Assembly (NCBI RefSeq): GCF_030691135.1
Contig: NZ_JAUYFA010000058.1
Span: 1,620-65,619 of the forward strand
Length of the DNA stretch: 64,000 nt
From: Phreatobacter sp.
Lineage (GTDB): Bacteria > Pseudomonadota > Alphaproteobacteria > Rhizobiales > Phreatobacteraceae
Reading direction: 5' to 3'
Position 1 is the stretch's first letter; the number at the start of each line of letters is the position of its first letter. Below are positions 27,695-36,494 of this stretch, one piece after another. The notes beneath the pieces are model-generated. The model did not search any database and was not told the origin of the DNA. It worked only from the letters and a program-made list of their open reading frames with translations. The position numbers and the translations under genes are program-made.

Positions 27695-28575
27695 CCGACG
27701 CGACCCTTTCACCCGCCGCGGTGCCCCATGACGGCACCGATGCCGAGGCCCGGCCGATCTTCCGCGAGGACCGCAAGGTGCTCGGCATCTCCACCGAGGC
27801 CTGGCCGGGCATCCTCGCCCCGCTCGGGATCGGGATCCTGGCGCTCGCCGCCTGGGAGACCATCGTCTGGTGGCGGGAGATCCCGCACTTCATCCTGCCG
27901 GGCCCGTGGCTCATCGCGAAGACGCTGGTGACGGACTGGACGACGCTATCCGCCTCCCTCTGGGTGACGCTCAGGATCACCGCCGCAGCGCTGATCGCCG
28001 CGGTCTCCCTCGGCGTCGGCCTTGCCGTGCTCTTCACCCAGTCGAAATGGCTGGAGAAGTCGCTGTTTCCCTATGCGGTGATCCTGCAGGTGACGCCGGT
28101 CGTGTCGATCGCGCCGCTGATCATCATCTGGGTCGGCGACATCAACCTGTCGCTGCTGATCTGCGCGTGGATCGTCGCCTTCTTCCCGATCCTGTCGAAC
28201 ACCATCCTCGGGCTCAACTCGGCCGACCACAACCTGCGCAACCTGTTCGAGCTCTACGGTGCATCGCGCTGGCAGACCCTGCGCTATCTCCGGCTGCCGG
28301 CCGCGCTGCCCTATTTCCTCGGCGGCCTGAAGATTTCCGGCGGCCTCGCCCTGATCGGCGCGGTGGTGGCCGAATTCGTGGCAGGGTCGGGCGGCTCGGC
28401 CTCGGGCCTCGCCTATCGCATCCTCGAGGCCGGCTACCAGCTCAAGATCCCGCGCATGTTCGCGGCCCTGATCATGATCTCGATGTCCGGGATCGCCATC
28501 TTCCTGACGATCAGCTGGATTTCGCATCTGCTGCTGCGCCGCTGGCACGAGAGCGCATTGAAGCGGGAGAACTGA
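27691..28575 (+). CDS. NitT/TauT-type ABC transporter permease
   Basis: LQVTPVVSIAPL, AFFPILSNT, LFELYGASRWQ, IGAVVAEFVAG. ATGA overlap and AAGGAGG RBS. Confidence 0.92.
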   Translation: MTDATLSPAAVPHDGTDAEARPIFREDRKVLGISTEAWPGILAPLGIGILALAAWETIVWWREIPHFILPGPWLIAKTLVTDWTTLSASLWVTLRITAAALIAAVSLGVGLAVLFTQSKWLEKSLFPYAVILQVTPVVSIAPLIIIWVGDINLSLLICAWIVAFFPILSNTILGLNSADHNLRNLFELYGASRWQTLRYLRLPAALPYFLGGLKISGGLALIGAVVAEFVAGSGGSASGLAYRILEAGYQLKIPRMFAALIMISMSGIAIFLTISWISHLLLRRWHESALKREN

Positions 28576-28604
28576 CTCGGCTGAGGTCACGCCGACCGAA
28601 CCGC

Positions 28605-28684
28605 GTCAGGCCCGGACATCCACGATTCTTCTATTGGCATGCGGTTTTCAAGTCGTGGATGGCCGGGACAAGCCCGGCCATGAC
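28605..28684. repeat. Rhizobial-type REP/palindromic intergenic element, copy 2
   Basis: GTCAGGCCCGGACATCCACGA ... TCAAGTCGTGGATGGCCGGGACAAGCCCGGCCATGAC, between convergent genes. Shares arms with 7371-7513. Confidence 0.8.
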
Positions 28685-28711
28685 GTAAGCCCGCGCGTTG
28701 CAGCCGCCCCG

Positions 28712-29296
28712 TCACAAACCCGCCATCGCCGCCTTCACCCTGGCGATGAAACCGGCGCGCTTGTCGGCGCTCGCGACGTTGAGGTGGTAGAGCGCGAGAT
28801 AGCGGCGGCGCGCTTTCCAGCCGGTGAACCACCACAGATAGCGCATGACGATCTTGCGCGGCGGATCGCCCATATAGACCGCATACCAGAACGGCCTGCC
28901 ATAGGTGACGATGCCGGTGATCGAGCGCAGGTTGCCGAGCAGCGGCTTGACCGCCGCCGGATCGGAAATGTCGAAGCCGACCCCCGGCATGAACATGCGG
29001 TCGAAGAAGCCTTTCAGCATGGCCGGCGGACCGAAGCTCCAGGTTGGAAACTGTACCACCAGTGCCTCGGCATTGCGCAGTCGCGCGATCAGAGGCTCCA
29101 GCCCCTGCTGGTCGCGGCTCTCGTCGTGATAGCGCCGGCGGCCATCCTCGGAGAGAACGGGGTCGAAGCCCTCGGCATAGAGATCGAGCAGGTCGACCTC
29201 ATGGCCCGCGGCCAGGAGGGCCGCCAGCGCCTCGGCGCGGATGGCGGCATGAAAGCTCTCGGGGAGGGGGTGGCAATAGAGATAGAGGACGCGCAT
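28712..29296 (-). CDS. Flavodoxin_2 NAD(P)H-dependent (quinone) oxidoreductase
   Basis: YCHPLPESF, DLYAEGFDPVL, FPTWSFGPPAMLKGFFDR, TYG. Confidence 0.9.
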   Translation of the reverse strand: MRVLYLYCHPLPESFHAAIRAEALAALLAAGHEVDLLDLYAEGFDPVLSEDGRRRYHDESRDQQGLEPLIARLRNAEALVVQFPTWSFGPPAMLKGFFDRMFMPGVGFDISDPAAVKPLLGNLRSITGIVTYGRPFWYAVYMGDPPRKIVMRYLWWFTGWKARRRYLALYHLNVASADKRAGFIARVKAAMAGL

Positions 29297-29330
29297 GGAT
29301 CGCCTGCGGAACGAGGAACGGGGTCCGACT

Positions 29331-29347
29331 GGCAAGTCCCGTGCCCG
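29331..29347 (-). promoter_or_regulatory. Candidate sigma-54 promoter of the flavodoxin_2 gene
   Basis: Minus strand reads CGGGCACGGGACTTGCC (GGCACG-N4-TTGC), in the 54-bp gap after the FAD oxidase stop. Confidence 0.5.
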
Positions 29348-29350
29348 TCC

Positions 29351-30718
29351 TTACCGGACCGGCACGTAGCTCTCCATCTTGCCGGGATTGAGCAGGCCCA
29401 TGGGATCGACCTCGGCCTTGAACCCGAGCTGGTCGGCCTCCGCGCGCTTGTGACGCGATCCGCCCTCGAGGCCGAAGACATGCGGGTTGGCGACCATGAC
29501 GCCGCTGTCCTCGTGCTCGCGGATGATGGCGAACAGCCGCTCCGGCGTCGAATAGCGCACGATCGGCAGGGCCGAGCAGGTGATGCGTCCGGCGAAGCGG
29601 ATGAATTCGAGATGCGGCAGGACCTCGCCGTCGAAGCGCTCCATCATTTCCCGCACGCTGTCTTCCAGACGGTCATGAGGGTAGAGCAGTTGCAGGTAGG
29701 TGATGGACCGGTCGGTCTTCAGCCACTGCAGCGTCGTGTGGTTCCAGGCATATTCGTAGAGCGGGGTCTCGGTCGGTTCCTCGCGTGACGGCGCTTCACG
29801 CGTGATCGTGCCGCGTCCGCCGAGGATGGCCCGGAAGCTTTCGAGGAACGGCTCGGCGATCATGCAGACGAGGATCGCCTTGCCGTCAGGACAGGCGTCC
29901 TTCAGGGCGGTGAACTGCGCCGGGATCGGCCAGGCGATCGGCGTCACCAGTTTCTTGACCACGCCGTCGGCATGGGCGATGTCGCACCCGGCCGCGAAGG
30001 CCTGCATGAACGTGTCGAAGGCGACGACCACGTCGATCCAGGGCCAGGCCGGCGCCGTCGGCATTTCGAGCTCGGTGATGATGCCCGTCGTGCCATAGGC
30101 GCGGTTGACCTTCTGTGCCGCGTCCTGCCGGAGTTCGAGAACCCGCGGCTCCTCCTCGATGGTGACGATGCGGGCCGCGAGGATGTTGCCCGGCTCGCGC
30201 AGGCCGCCATAGGCGACCGACCCGACCCCGCCCGAACCACCGGCGACGAAGCCGCCGATGGTGGCGGTGCGCTTCGTCGAAGGATGCATCCTCAGCTCGA
30301 AGCCGTTCGGCCGGGTCTCCTGGTCGAGCGCCAGGATATTCGTGCCGGCGCGCACGCGGACCGATCCCGGCTTTTGCCAGACGACCCCGGTGATGTCCGT
30401 CATGTCCAGGAGCACGCCGCCCGCCAGCGGCATGGCCTGGCCGTAATTGCCGGTGCCGCCGGCCCTGACGGTGAGCGGAACGCGCAACTTCGCACAGGCC
30501 GAAACGGTCCGGATCACATCCGCCTCGTCGCGCGGCCGGACGATGATGTCGGCCGCGACCTGTTTCAGCTCCTCGGCCAGAATGGGCGAATACCAGAAGA
30601 AGTCGCGCGATTTCCGCCGGACGATGGTGGGCTCGGTGATGGTCGGCACGTCGCCGAGAAGTGGCGCCAACCGATCGAGGTCCACATCTGCGCGCGGAGG
30701 ATGTGCTGCGGGTCGCAT
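29351..30718 (-). CDS. FAD-binding oxidoreductase (VAO/PCMH type), paralog 2
   Basis: SRDFFWYSPIL, AGGTGNYGQ, HPSTKRTATIGGFVAGG, YEYAWNHTTL, HLEF, DPMGLLNPGK. Confidence 0.9.
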   Translation of the reverse strand: MRPAAHPPRADVDLDRLAPLLGDVPTITEPTIVRRKSRDFFWYSPILAEELKQVAADIIVRPRDEADVIRTVSACAKLRVPLTVRAGGTGNYGQAMPLAGGVLLDMTDITGVVWQKPGSVRVRAGTNILALDQETRPNGFELRMHPSTKRTATIGGFVAGGSGGVGSVAYGGLREPGNILAARIVTIEEEPRVLELRQDAAQKVNRAYGTTGIITELEMPTAPAWPWIDVVVAFDTFMQAFAAGCDIAHADGVVKKLVTPIAWPIPAQFTALKDACPDGKAILVCMIAEPFLESFRAILGGRGTITREAPSREEPTETPLYEYAWNHTTLQWLKTDRSITYLQLLYPHDRLEDSVREMMERFDGEVLPHLEFIRFAGRITCSALPIVRYSTPERLFAIIREHEDSGVMVANPHVFGLEGGSRHKRAEADQLGFKAEVDPMGLLNPGKMESYVPVR

Positions 30719-30873
30719 CGGGTCGCTCGTCTCGCCATTGAACCCACCGGCTCTAGCGTTTCCCGAGCCCGCTGTCATGCCGCACAACCCGACAATGGCC
30801 AGGGACGACATGCGTTAACGCCACGGCAAGCAATAACGCACCACCATAACGGTATATCTAGGGAGAACAATTC

Positions 30874-32544
30874 ATGCAGATCAAGACCAAGCTGTTCGCC
30901 ATCGTTGGCGGCTTGACGGTCGCCTCACTGATCGTCGCAGGCGTCGCCGGCTATGGCTTCCAGCGGTATCAGCATGCGGTGACGGAAAACCAGCGCACGG
31001 CGCGGGTCACCCAGCTCGCCGAGCGTGCCAACGGCTTGATCTATGCTGTCGTCATGGAATCGCGCGGCATCTACATGTCGGCCCAGAAGGAAGCCCTCGA
31101 GCGCTTCGCCGCCGGCCAGGATCGCGAACTGGCCAGTTTGCGCACGGTCATCACCGAATGGGCCGGGTTGGCCCGTCCTGAGGACGAGGCCCTGAAAAAC
31201 CGGCTTCTCGAGCAGACGGAAGCCTTCATCAGGCTGCGCAACGAGCTCGCCCAGGCCGGCCGCACCAGCGGCAACCAGGCGGCTCGCGTGATCGGCGACA
31301 ATGACGCTAACCGCCAGACCCGCACGCGGCTCAATGCCGAAATGGCTGCCTTCGCACAGTCGAACGCCCGGCATGTCACGACTCTCTCGCAGGAAGTGGA
31401 AGAAACCCGCCAGACGCTGACCTGGCTTATCGCTCTGACGGTCGGCCTCGCCGTCCTCGCTGGCCTGGCCGCCTTCTGGACAATTCTCACCGGTGTGACC
31501 CGCCCACTCGGTCGCCTGACCAGCGCGGTGGACGCGGTCGCTGACGGACGGACCGATGCCGAAGTCAGCGACACCGACCGCAAGGACGAGATCGGCGGGC
31601 TGGCCCGCTCCGTTCTGGTCTTCCGCGACAATGTCCGCGAGGTCGAGCGCCTCAAGGCGACCGAAGCCGAGCGTGAAGGCGCTAACCGCGCGCAGCGGAC
31701 CCGCGAGATGGCTGAGCTCGCCGATGCATTTTCCGGAACCGTGCAGTCGGTCGTCGCCACGGTGACCCGCTCCGCCGAGGAGATCGTCGGCAATGCCAGC
31801 CGCGTCGGTCTCGTCGCCCGTAACGTCTCCGAACTCGGCCAGACCGTGGCCGCGACCTCGGCCGGCGCGACGCAGAGCGTCGAGAGCGCGGCCAGCTCGG
31901 CCCAGGAACTCGCCTCGTCCATCGGCGAGATTTCCAGCCGGACCGCCCAGGCCCAGCATATCGCCGCTTCTGCGGTTCAGCAGGCGACCCGTACGGGCGA
32001 AATCGTCGCCACCCTCGCCACATCGACCCAGAAGATCGGCGATGTCGTCGCCCTCATCAACGCCATCGCCGCGCAGACCAATCTCCTGGCGCTCAACGCG
32101 ACGATCGAGGCGGCGCGGGCCGGTGAGGCCGGCCGCGGCTTCGCGGTGGTGGCCACCGAAGTCAAGAGCCTCGCCGCTCAGACGTCGAAGGCGACGGAAG
32201 AGATCGCCAGCCAGATCGGTGCTGTCCAGTCGGTCACCGGCGATGCGGTCGCCGCCATCGAGGCGATCAACCGCACCATCGGCGAGATCAACTCGGTGTC
32301 GTTCTCGATCATGGCCGCCGTCGAGGAACAGTCCGCCGTCACCAATGGCATCGCCGGCTCGGTCTCCGAAGCCGCGTCGGGCACCCGCTCGGTCGAGACC
32401 GATATCGGCCGCGTCACCCGCGCCGCCGACGAGACCGGCGCGGCGGCCAATGCCATGAACGAGGCCGCGCGTCACCTCAAGGACGGTTCCGTGCAACTGG
32501 ACCGTGCTGTCGCCGGCTTCCTCGGCCGCATCCGCGCCGCCTGA
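30874..32544 (+). CDS. Methyl-accepting chemotaxis protein (2 TM, periplasmic helical sensor, HAMP)
   Basis: Two hydrophobic segments, HAMP motif [12 protein letters not shown], and [34 protein letters not shown]. Confidence 0.95.
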   Translation: MQIKTKLFAIVGGLTVASLIVAGVAGYGFQRYQHAVTENQRTARVTQLAERANGLIYAVVMESRGIYMSAQKEALERFAAGQDRELASLRTVITEWAGLARPEDEALKNRLLEQTEAFIRLRNELAQAGRTSGNQAARVIGDNDANRQTRTRLNAEMAAFAQSNARHVTTLSQEVEETRQTLTWLIALTVGLAVLAGLAAFWTILTGVTRPLGRLTSAVDAVADGRTDAEVSDTDRKDEIGGLARSVLVFRDNVREVERLKATEAEREGANRAQRTREMAELADAFSGTVQSVVATVTRSAEEIVGNASRVGLVARNVSELGQTVAATSAGATQSVESAASSAQELASSIGEISSRTAQAQHIAASAVQQATRTGEIVATLATSTQKIGDVVALINAIAAQTNLLALNATIEAARAGEAGRGFAVVATEVKSLAAQTSKATEEIASQIGAVQSVTGDAVAAIEAINRTIGEINSVSFSIMAAVEEQSAVTNGIAGSVSEAASGTRSVETDIGRVTRAADETGAAANAMNEAARHLKDGSVQLDRAVAGFLGRIRAA

Positions 32545-32568
32545 TCCGCGCGCCGCGCCAGACCACAA

Positions 32569-32596
32569 AAAAGCCCGGCGGAGACGCCGGGCTTTT
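32569..32596. terminator. Bidirectional rho-independent terminator
   Basis: AAAAGCCCGGCG-GAGA-CGCCGGGCTTTT between convergent genes. Confidence 0.88.
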
Positions 32597-32616
32597 CGTA
32601 TTCAGGCGGCCTTCTG

Positions 32617-33789
32617 TCATGCAGTGGCGAGCTTGCGGAACTTGTTGGACCGCTTCGGGTGCCACCATTTGCCTGCCACGACGGTGCCTTCCGAGACGAT
32701 CTTCCTGTCACCGATCAGATGTTCGCCGACCACGTCGACATAGTCGAACTTGCCGTCCTTGATCGACAGGATCGTCGCATCGCCTGCGGAACCTGGCTTC
32801 AGGCTGCCGAGTTCGGGACGCTTCAGCGCCATGGCGGCGTTGACCGTCGAGGCCGCGATGACCCGGTCAAGCGGCATGCCCATGCACAGGAACTTCGAGA
32901 GCGTCGTGACCTGATCGAAGGCGGGGCCTTCGATGCAGAGCGTATGGACATCGGAGGAAATGACATCCGGCTCGAAGCCGCCGGCGAGCATGGCCCGCGT
33001 CGTCTTGAACGAGAACGAGCCCTTGCCATGGCCGATGTCGAAGATGACGCCCTTCTTGCGCGCGGCGACGACCTCGGGCTTCACGGCGCCCTGGGCGGTG
33101 ACGGGCGCGTTGGGGAAGGGGCGGAAGGCGTGGGTCAGCACGTCGCCGGGGCGCAGGCGGCCGATGACATGTTCGTAAGAGGGCGGGGGATGGTCGATAT
33201 GGGCCATCAGCGGCATGCCCACCTCGTTCGCCACTTGCAGCGCCATGTCGAGCGCCGCCTCGCCGTTGGTGCCGGAGGAATTGCGGCCGACGCGGACCTT
33301 GATACCGACGATGAGGTCGCGGTTCTCGTCGGCGACGCGGGCGCAGTCCGACGGGTTCAGCATGTCGATCTCGCGGCTCTCGCCGACCATGACCTTCTTG
33401 TCGAAACCGTAGATGCCGGCGTGGCTGACATGAAGATAGGCGAGAATCCGCACCTGGCTCTTCTCGATGACGTGCTTGCGGAAGCCCATCCAGTTGCCGG
33501 GCCCGGCCGAGCCGGTGTCGATGGCCGTAGTGACGCCCGACGTGCGGCAGAACTCCTCCGCATCGATCCCGAGCGAGGTCCCGCCCCAATAGACATGGGT
33601 GTGGAGGTCGATGAGGCCCGGCGTGACGATGTAACCCGAGACATCGCGGATTTCGGTCCCCGGACCCGGCTTCAGATCCTTGCCCACCGCGGCCACCTTG
33701 CCGCCGGTAAAGGCGACGTCGCGCACCCCGTCGATCTTCTGCGAGGGGTCGATCACGCGGCCGCCGCGCAGGATCAGGTCGAAAGTCAT
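32617..33789 (-). CDS. Amidohydrolase/deacetylase family metallohydrolase (dihydroorotase-like, COG3964 type)
   Basis: PGLIDLHTH (HxH), GVTTAIDTGSAG, GIKVR, MAHID, LRPGDVLTH, DIGHGKGSF, ISSDVH. Start ATG 33789. Confidence 0.88.
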   Translation of the reverse strand: MTFDLILRGGRVIDPSQKIDGVRDVAFTGGKVAAVGKDLKPGPGTEIRDVSGYIVTPGLIDLHTHVYWGGTSLGIDAEEFCRTSGVTTAIDTGSAGPGNWMGFRKHVIEKSQVRILAYLHVSHAGIYGFDKKVMVGESREIDMLNPSDCARVADENRDLIVGIKVRVGRNSSGTNGEAALDMALQVANEVGMPLMAHIDHPPPSYEHVIGRLRPGDVLTHAFRPFPNAPVTAQGAVKPEVVAARKKGVIFDIGHGKGSFSFKTTRAMLAGGFEPDVISSDVHTLCIEGPAFDQVTTLSKFLCMGMPLDRVIAASTVNAAMALKRPELGSLKPGSAGDATILSIKDGKFDYVDVVGEHLIGDRKIVSEGTVVAGKWWHPKRSNKFRKLATA

Positions 33790-33911
33790 CGAAGGCTCCG
33801 CTTGCTGGAAAGGCCGGGCCGGTGCATTGCGCGGCCCTTGTCCGGCGCGCACATTGCGCGCCGGAGCGCGGCTTGCCAACAGCCGTGACATGAGCCTTGC
33901 GGAGACCTCCC

Positions 33912-34709
33912 ATGCCGGCCCGTCACTGGGGTGACCTGAAGACCACCGATTTCGACCGGCTCGATCCGGCGACCACCGTCGCCGTGCTGCCGCTGGCGGC
34001 GATCGAGCAGCACGGGCCGCATCTGCCGGTCTCCACCGACACATCCATCATGCAGGGCATGATCGAGACCGCCTTTCCGCTGGTCGGGCCCGGCGTGACC
34101 GCGCTCTTCCTTCCCGTCGAGGCGGTCGCCAAGTCCAACGAGCACCTCCATTCCAAGGGCACCCTGACGCTCTCTGCCGAGACCGTGCTGAAGAGCTGGA
34201 TCGAGATCGGCGAGAGCGTGAAGCGCGCCGGCATCGACAAGATCGTGCTTCTGACTTCCCACGGCGGCAATCTCGATCCGATGCGCGTCGTGGCGCGCGA
34301 GCTGCGCATCCGCTTCCGCCAGCTTGCCGTGGTGACGAGCTGGACCGCCTTCGGCCGGCCGCCGGGACTCTATGGCGACCTCGACATCAAACACGGCATC
34401 CACGCCGGCGATGTCGAGACCTCGCTCATGCTGCATTTCCGGCCCGACCTTGTCGACATGGGTGCGGCCAGGCTGTTCGAGCCGGTCATGGTGTCGATGG
34501 AAAAGGAATTCACTTATCTTCGGCCGACGCTGAACCACGCCTTCGGCTGGATGGCGCAGGACATCAACCCTGACGGAGCCGCGGGTGACGCCACGCTCGC
34601 CGATGCCGGGAAGGGCAGGGCGACCGCCGGCTGGCAGGCGGCCGAATTCGTCAAGCTGCTCGACGACATGGCGCGCTTCGACCTCGGCAGGCTCTATACC
34701 CCGGCCTGA
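33912..34709 (+). CDS. Creatininase family cyclic-amide hydrolase
   Basis: AIEQHGPHLPVSTD, SNEH, HGGN, HAGDVETS. GGAG RBS. Confidence 0.92.
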   Translation: MPARHWGDLKTTDFDRLDPATTVAVLPLAAIEQHGPHLPVSTDTSIMQGMIETAFPLVGPGVTALFLPVEAVAKSNEHLHSKGTLTLSAETVLKSWIEIGESVKRAGIDKIVLLTSHGGNLDPMRVVARELRIRFRQLAVVTSWTAFGRPPGLYGDLDIKHGIHAGDVETSLMLHFRPDLVDMGAARLFEPVMVSMEKEFTYLRPTLNHAFGWMAQDINPDGAAGDATLADAGKGRATAGWQAAEFVKLLDDMARFDLGRLYTPA

Positions 34710-34742
34710 GTGGCCGGGGTCGATTGTCGACGGGACATTCGA

Positions 34743-36218
34743 TCAGGCGAGCGAGCGCGATGCGATCCGGACCTTGGCGGTCGCCTCGTCGATGTCGCCA
34801 GATGACGTGGCGATCATGCTGATGCTGCTGGAGATGGCCTGGACGCCTTCCGCGGCCACGCGCATGTTCGACGACATCTCGGCTGTCACCGCGCTCTGTT
34901 CCTCGACCGCCGTGGCGATGGCCGTCGATATCTCGCTGATCCGCATGATCGTCGAGGAGATGTCGCCGATGGCGCTGACCGCCCCCTCGGTGGACGCCTG
35001 TACCGATGCGATCTGAGCACCGATCTCCTCGGTTGCCCGCGAGGTCTGGGTGGCGAGGCTCTTGACCTCCGAGGCGACGACCGCGAAGCCCTTTCCGGCC
35101 TCGCCGGCGCGTGCCGCTTCGATCGTGGCGTTGAGGGCAAGAAGGTTGGTCTGGGCGGCGATGCTGTTGATGAGCTGCACCACGTCGCCGATGCGCGCCG
35201 CAGCAGTAGACAAGCCCGATACGATCTCGCCGGTCCTCGCAGCCTGCTCGACGGCACCGCTGGAGATATCCCGAGCACTCGTGACCTGTCGGCTGATCTC
35301 GCCGACGGACGCGGAGAGCTCTTCGGCACCCGCGGCGACCGCCTGGACGTTGCCTGACGTCTGGATCGAGGCTGCGGCGACCTGGGTCGCCTCGTGCTTG
35401 GCGCGGGACACGGATTCACCGATGCCGACAAGATCACCGTCGATCTGCCGCTGCACCTCGGAGCGGCGTTCCTGCTCCTTGACAATGGCCGTGATGTCGG
35501 TGGCGAACTTGACCACCTTGAAGGGCTTTCCATTCATGTCGAAGATCGGATTATAGGTCGCCTGGATCCAGATCTCCCTGCCGCCCTTGCCGATTCGCTT
35601 GTACTGCGCCGCCTGGAACTCGCCGCGCGCCAGGGAGGCCCAGAAAGCTTTGTATTCGTTGGAATGCGCTTCTGCGGGCGCGACGAACAGCGAATGGTGC
35701 CGTCCGCGGATCTCGTCGAGGCCATAGCCGACGGCGCCGAGGAAATTCTCGTTCGCCGTGATGATCTTGCCGTCGAGCTCGAACTCGATGACCGCCTGCG
35801 CCTTGTGGATGGCGGCCAGCTGTCCCTGGATGTCGGCGTGGCGGAGCTTCTGCTCGGTGACGTCGGTCGCATATTTGGCGACCATGTAGACGCGACCGCG
35901 GGAATCCATCACCGGATTGTAGGACGCCTGAATCCAGACCTCCTTGCCGCCCTTGCCGATGCGCTTGTATTCGGCGACCTGGAACTTGCCGGCGCGCAGA
36001 TTGTCCCAGAACTGACGATAGTCCTGGCTGTCGCGTTCGTCGGGAGCAACGAAAATCGAGTGGTGCTGTCCGCGAATTTCCTCGAGCCTGTAGCCGACCG
36101 TCTTCAGGAAGTTCTCGTTGGCCGTGACGATCCGGCCGTTGGGTTCAAATTCGATCACCGCCTGGGAGCGGTCGATGGCCGCAAGCTTGGCGGCAGCGTC
36201 GTTACGAAACAGCATCAT
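34743..36218 (-). CDS. Soluble PAS-PAS methyl-accepting chemotaxis protein (BdlA-like)
   Basis: Two tandem PAS/PAC repeats ([15 protein letters not shown]...GQHHS.FV...[16 protein letters not shown]), no TM segment, and an MCP signalling domain ([27 protein letters not shown]). Confidence 0.93.
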   Translation of the reverse strand: MMLFRNDAAAKLAAIDRSQAVIEFEPNGRIVTANENFLKTVGYRLEEIRGQHHSIFVAPDERDSQDYRQFWDNLRAGKFQVAEYKRIGKGGKEVWIQASYNPVMDSRGRVYMVAKYATDVTEQKLRHADIQGQLAAIHKAQAVIEFELDGKIITANENFLGAVGYGLDEIRGRHHSLFVAPAEAHSNEYKAFWASLARGEFQAAQYKRIGKGGREIWIQATYNPIFDMNGKPFKVVKFATDITAIVKEQERRSEVQRQIDGDLVGIGESVSRAKHEATQVAAASIQTSGNVQAVAAGAEELSASVGEISRQVTSARDISSGAVEQAARTGEIVSGLSTAAARIGDVVQLINSIAAQTNLLALNATIEAARAGEAGKGFAVVASEVKSLATQTSRATEEIGAQIASVQASTEGAVSAIGDISSTIMRISEISTAIATAVEEQSAVTAEMSSNMRVAAEGVQAISSSISMIATSSGDIDEATAKVRIASRSLA

Positions 36219-36363
36219 CACGTTTCCCGGTTGGATTTGCTTTCGTTCTGGCGCCATCCATCACTCGCCGCGATTGAACAAAATCTGAATCGATATATCG
36301 CAAAAACCCACATTATCTGACGTAACGACAACCAAGGCGCGCTCGTCGCGGACAATCAAATTC

Positions 36364-36421
36364 CTGTGGAGAAATGTGTAATCATTGTGCAGTATCAAAC
36401 TGTGCAGACGCTGTGCGGCGA
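36364..36421 (-). promoter_or_regulatory. Tandem 11-bp direct repeats of CarH-operator type (nnnnTnnACAn)
   Basis: Minus-strand units: TTTCTCCACAG (36364-36374), TGATTACACAT (36374-36384), ATACTGCACAA (36385-36395), CGTCTGCACAG (36400-36410) and the partial TCGCCGCACAG (36411-36421). TGTG spacing is 10, 11, 15, 11. Confidence 0.6.
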
Positions 36422-36494
36422 GCGAGACCGTCATGGTAGTCATGCAGAATCGCGTATCGGTTTTTGTCTATCCGTACGGCGACCGGGGCACCCC

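Noticed and set aside
30810..30865. CtrA box upstream of the membrane MCP
   Set aside because: Only TTAAC/ATAAC half-sites are present; there is no TTAA-N7-TTAA match, so it is too weak to call.
32617..33789. Calling the amidohydrolase pyrC (dihydroorotase)
   Set aside because: Motifs (DTGSAG, DIGHGKGSF, ISSDVH) fit the COG3964 deacetylase-like group, and there is no pyr gene context.
36219..36494. Cobalamin riboswitch next to the B12-binding regulator
   Set aside because: No B12-box or GGGAA...GCCCCCGCAACTGT-like core was seen; the signal here is short DNA repeats.
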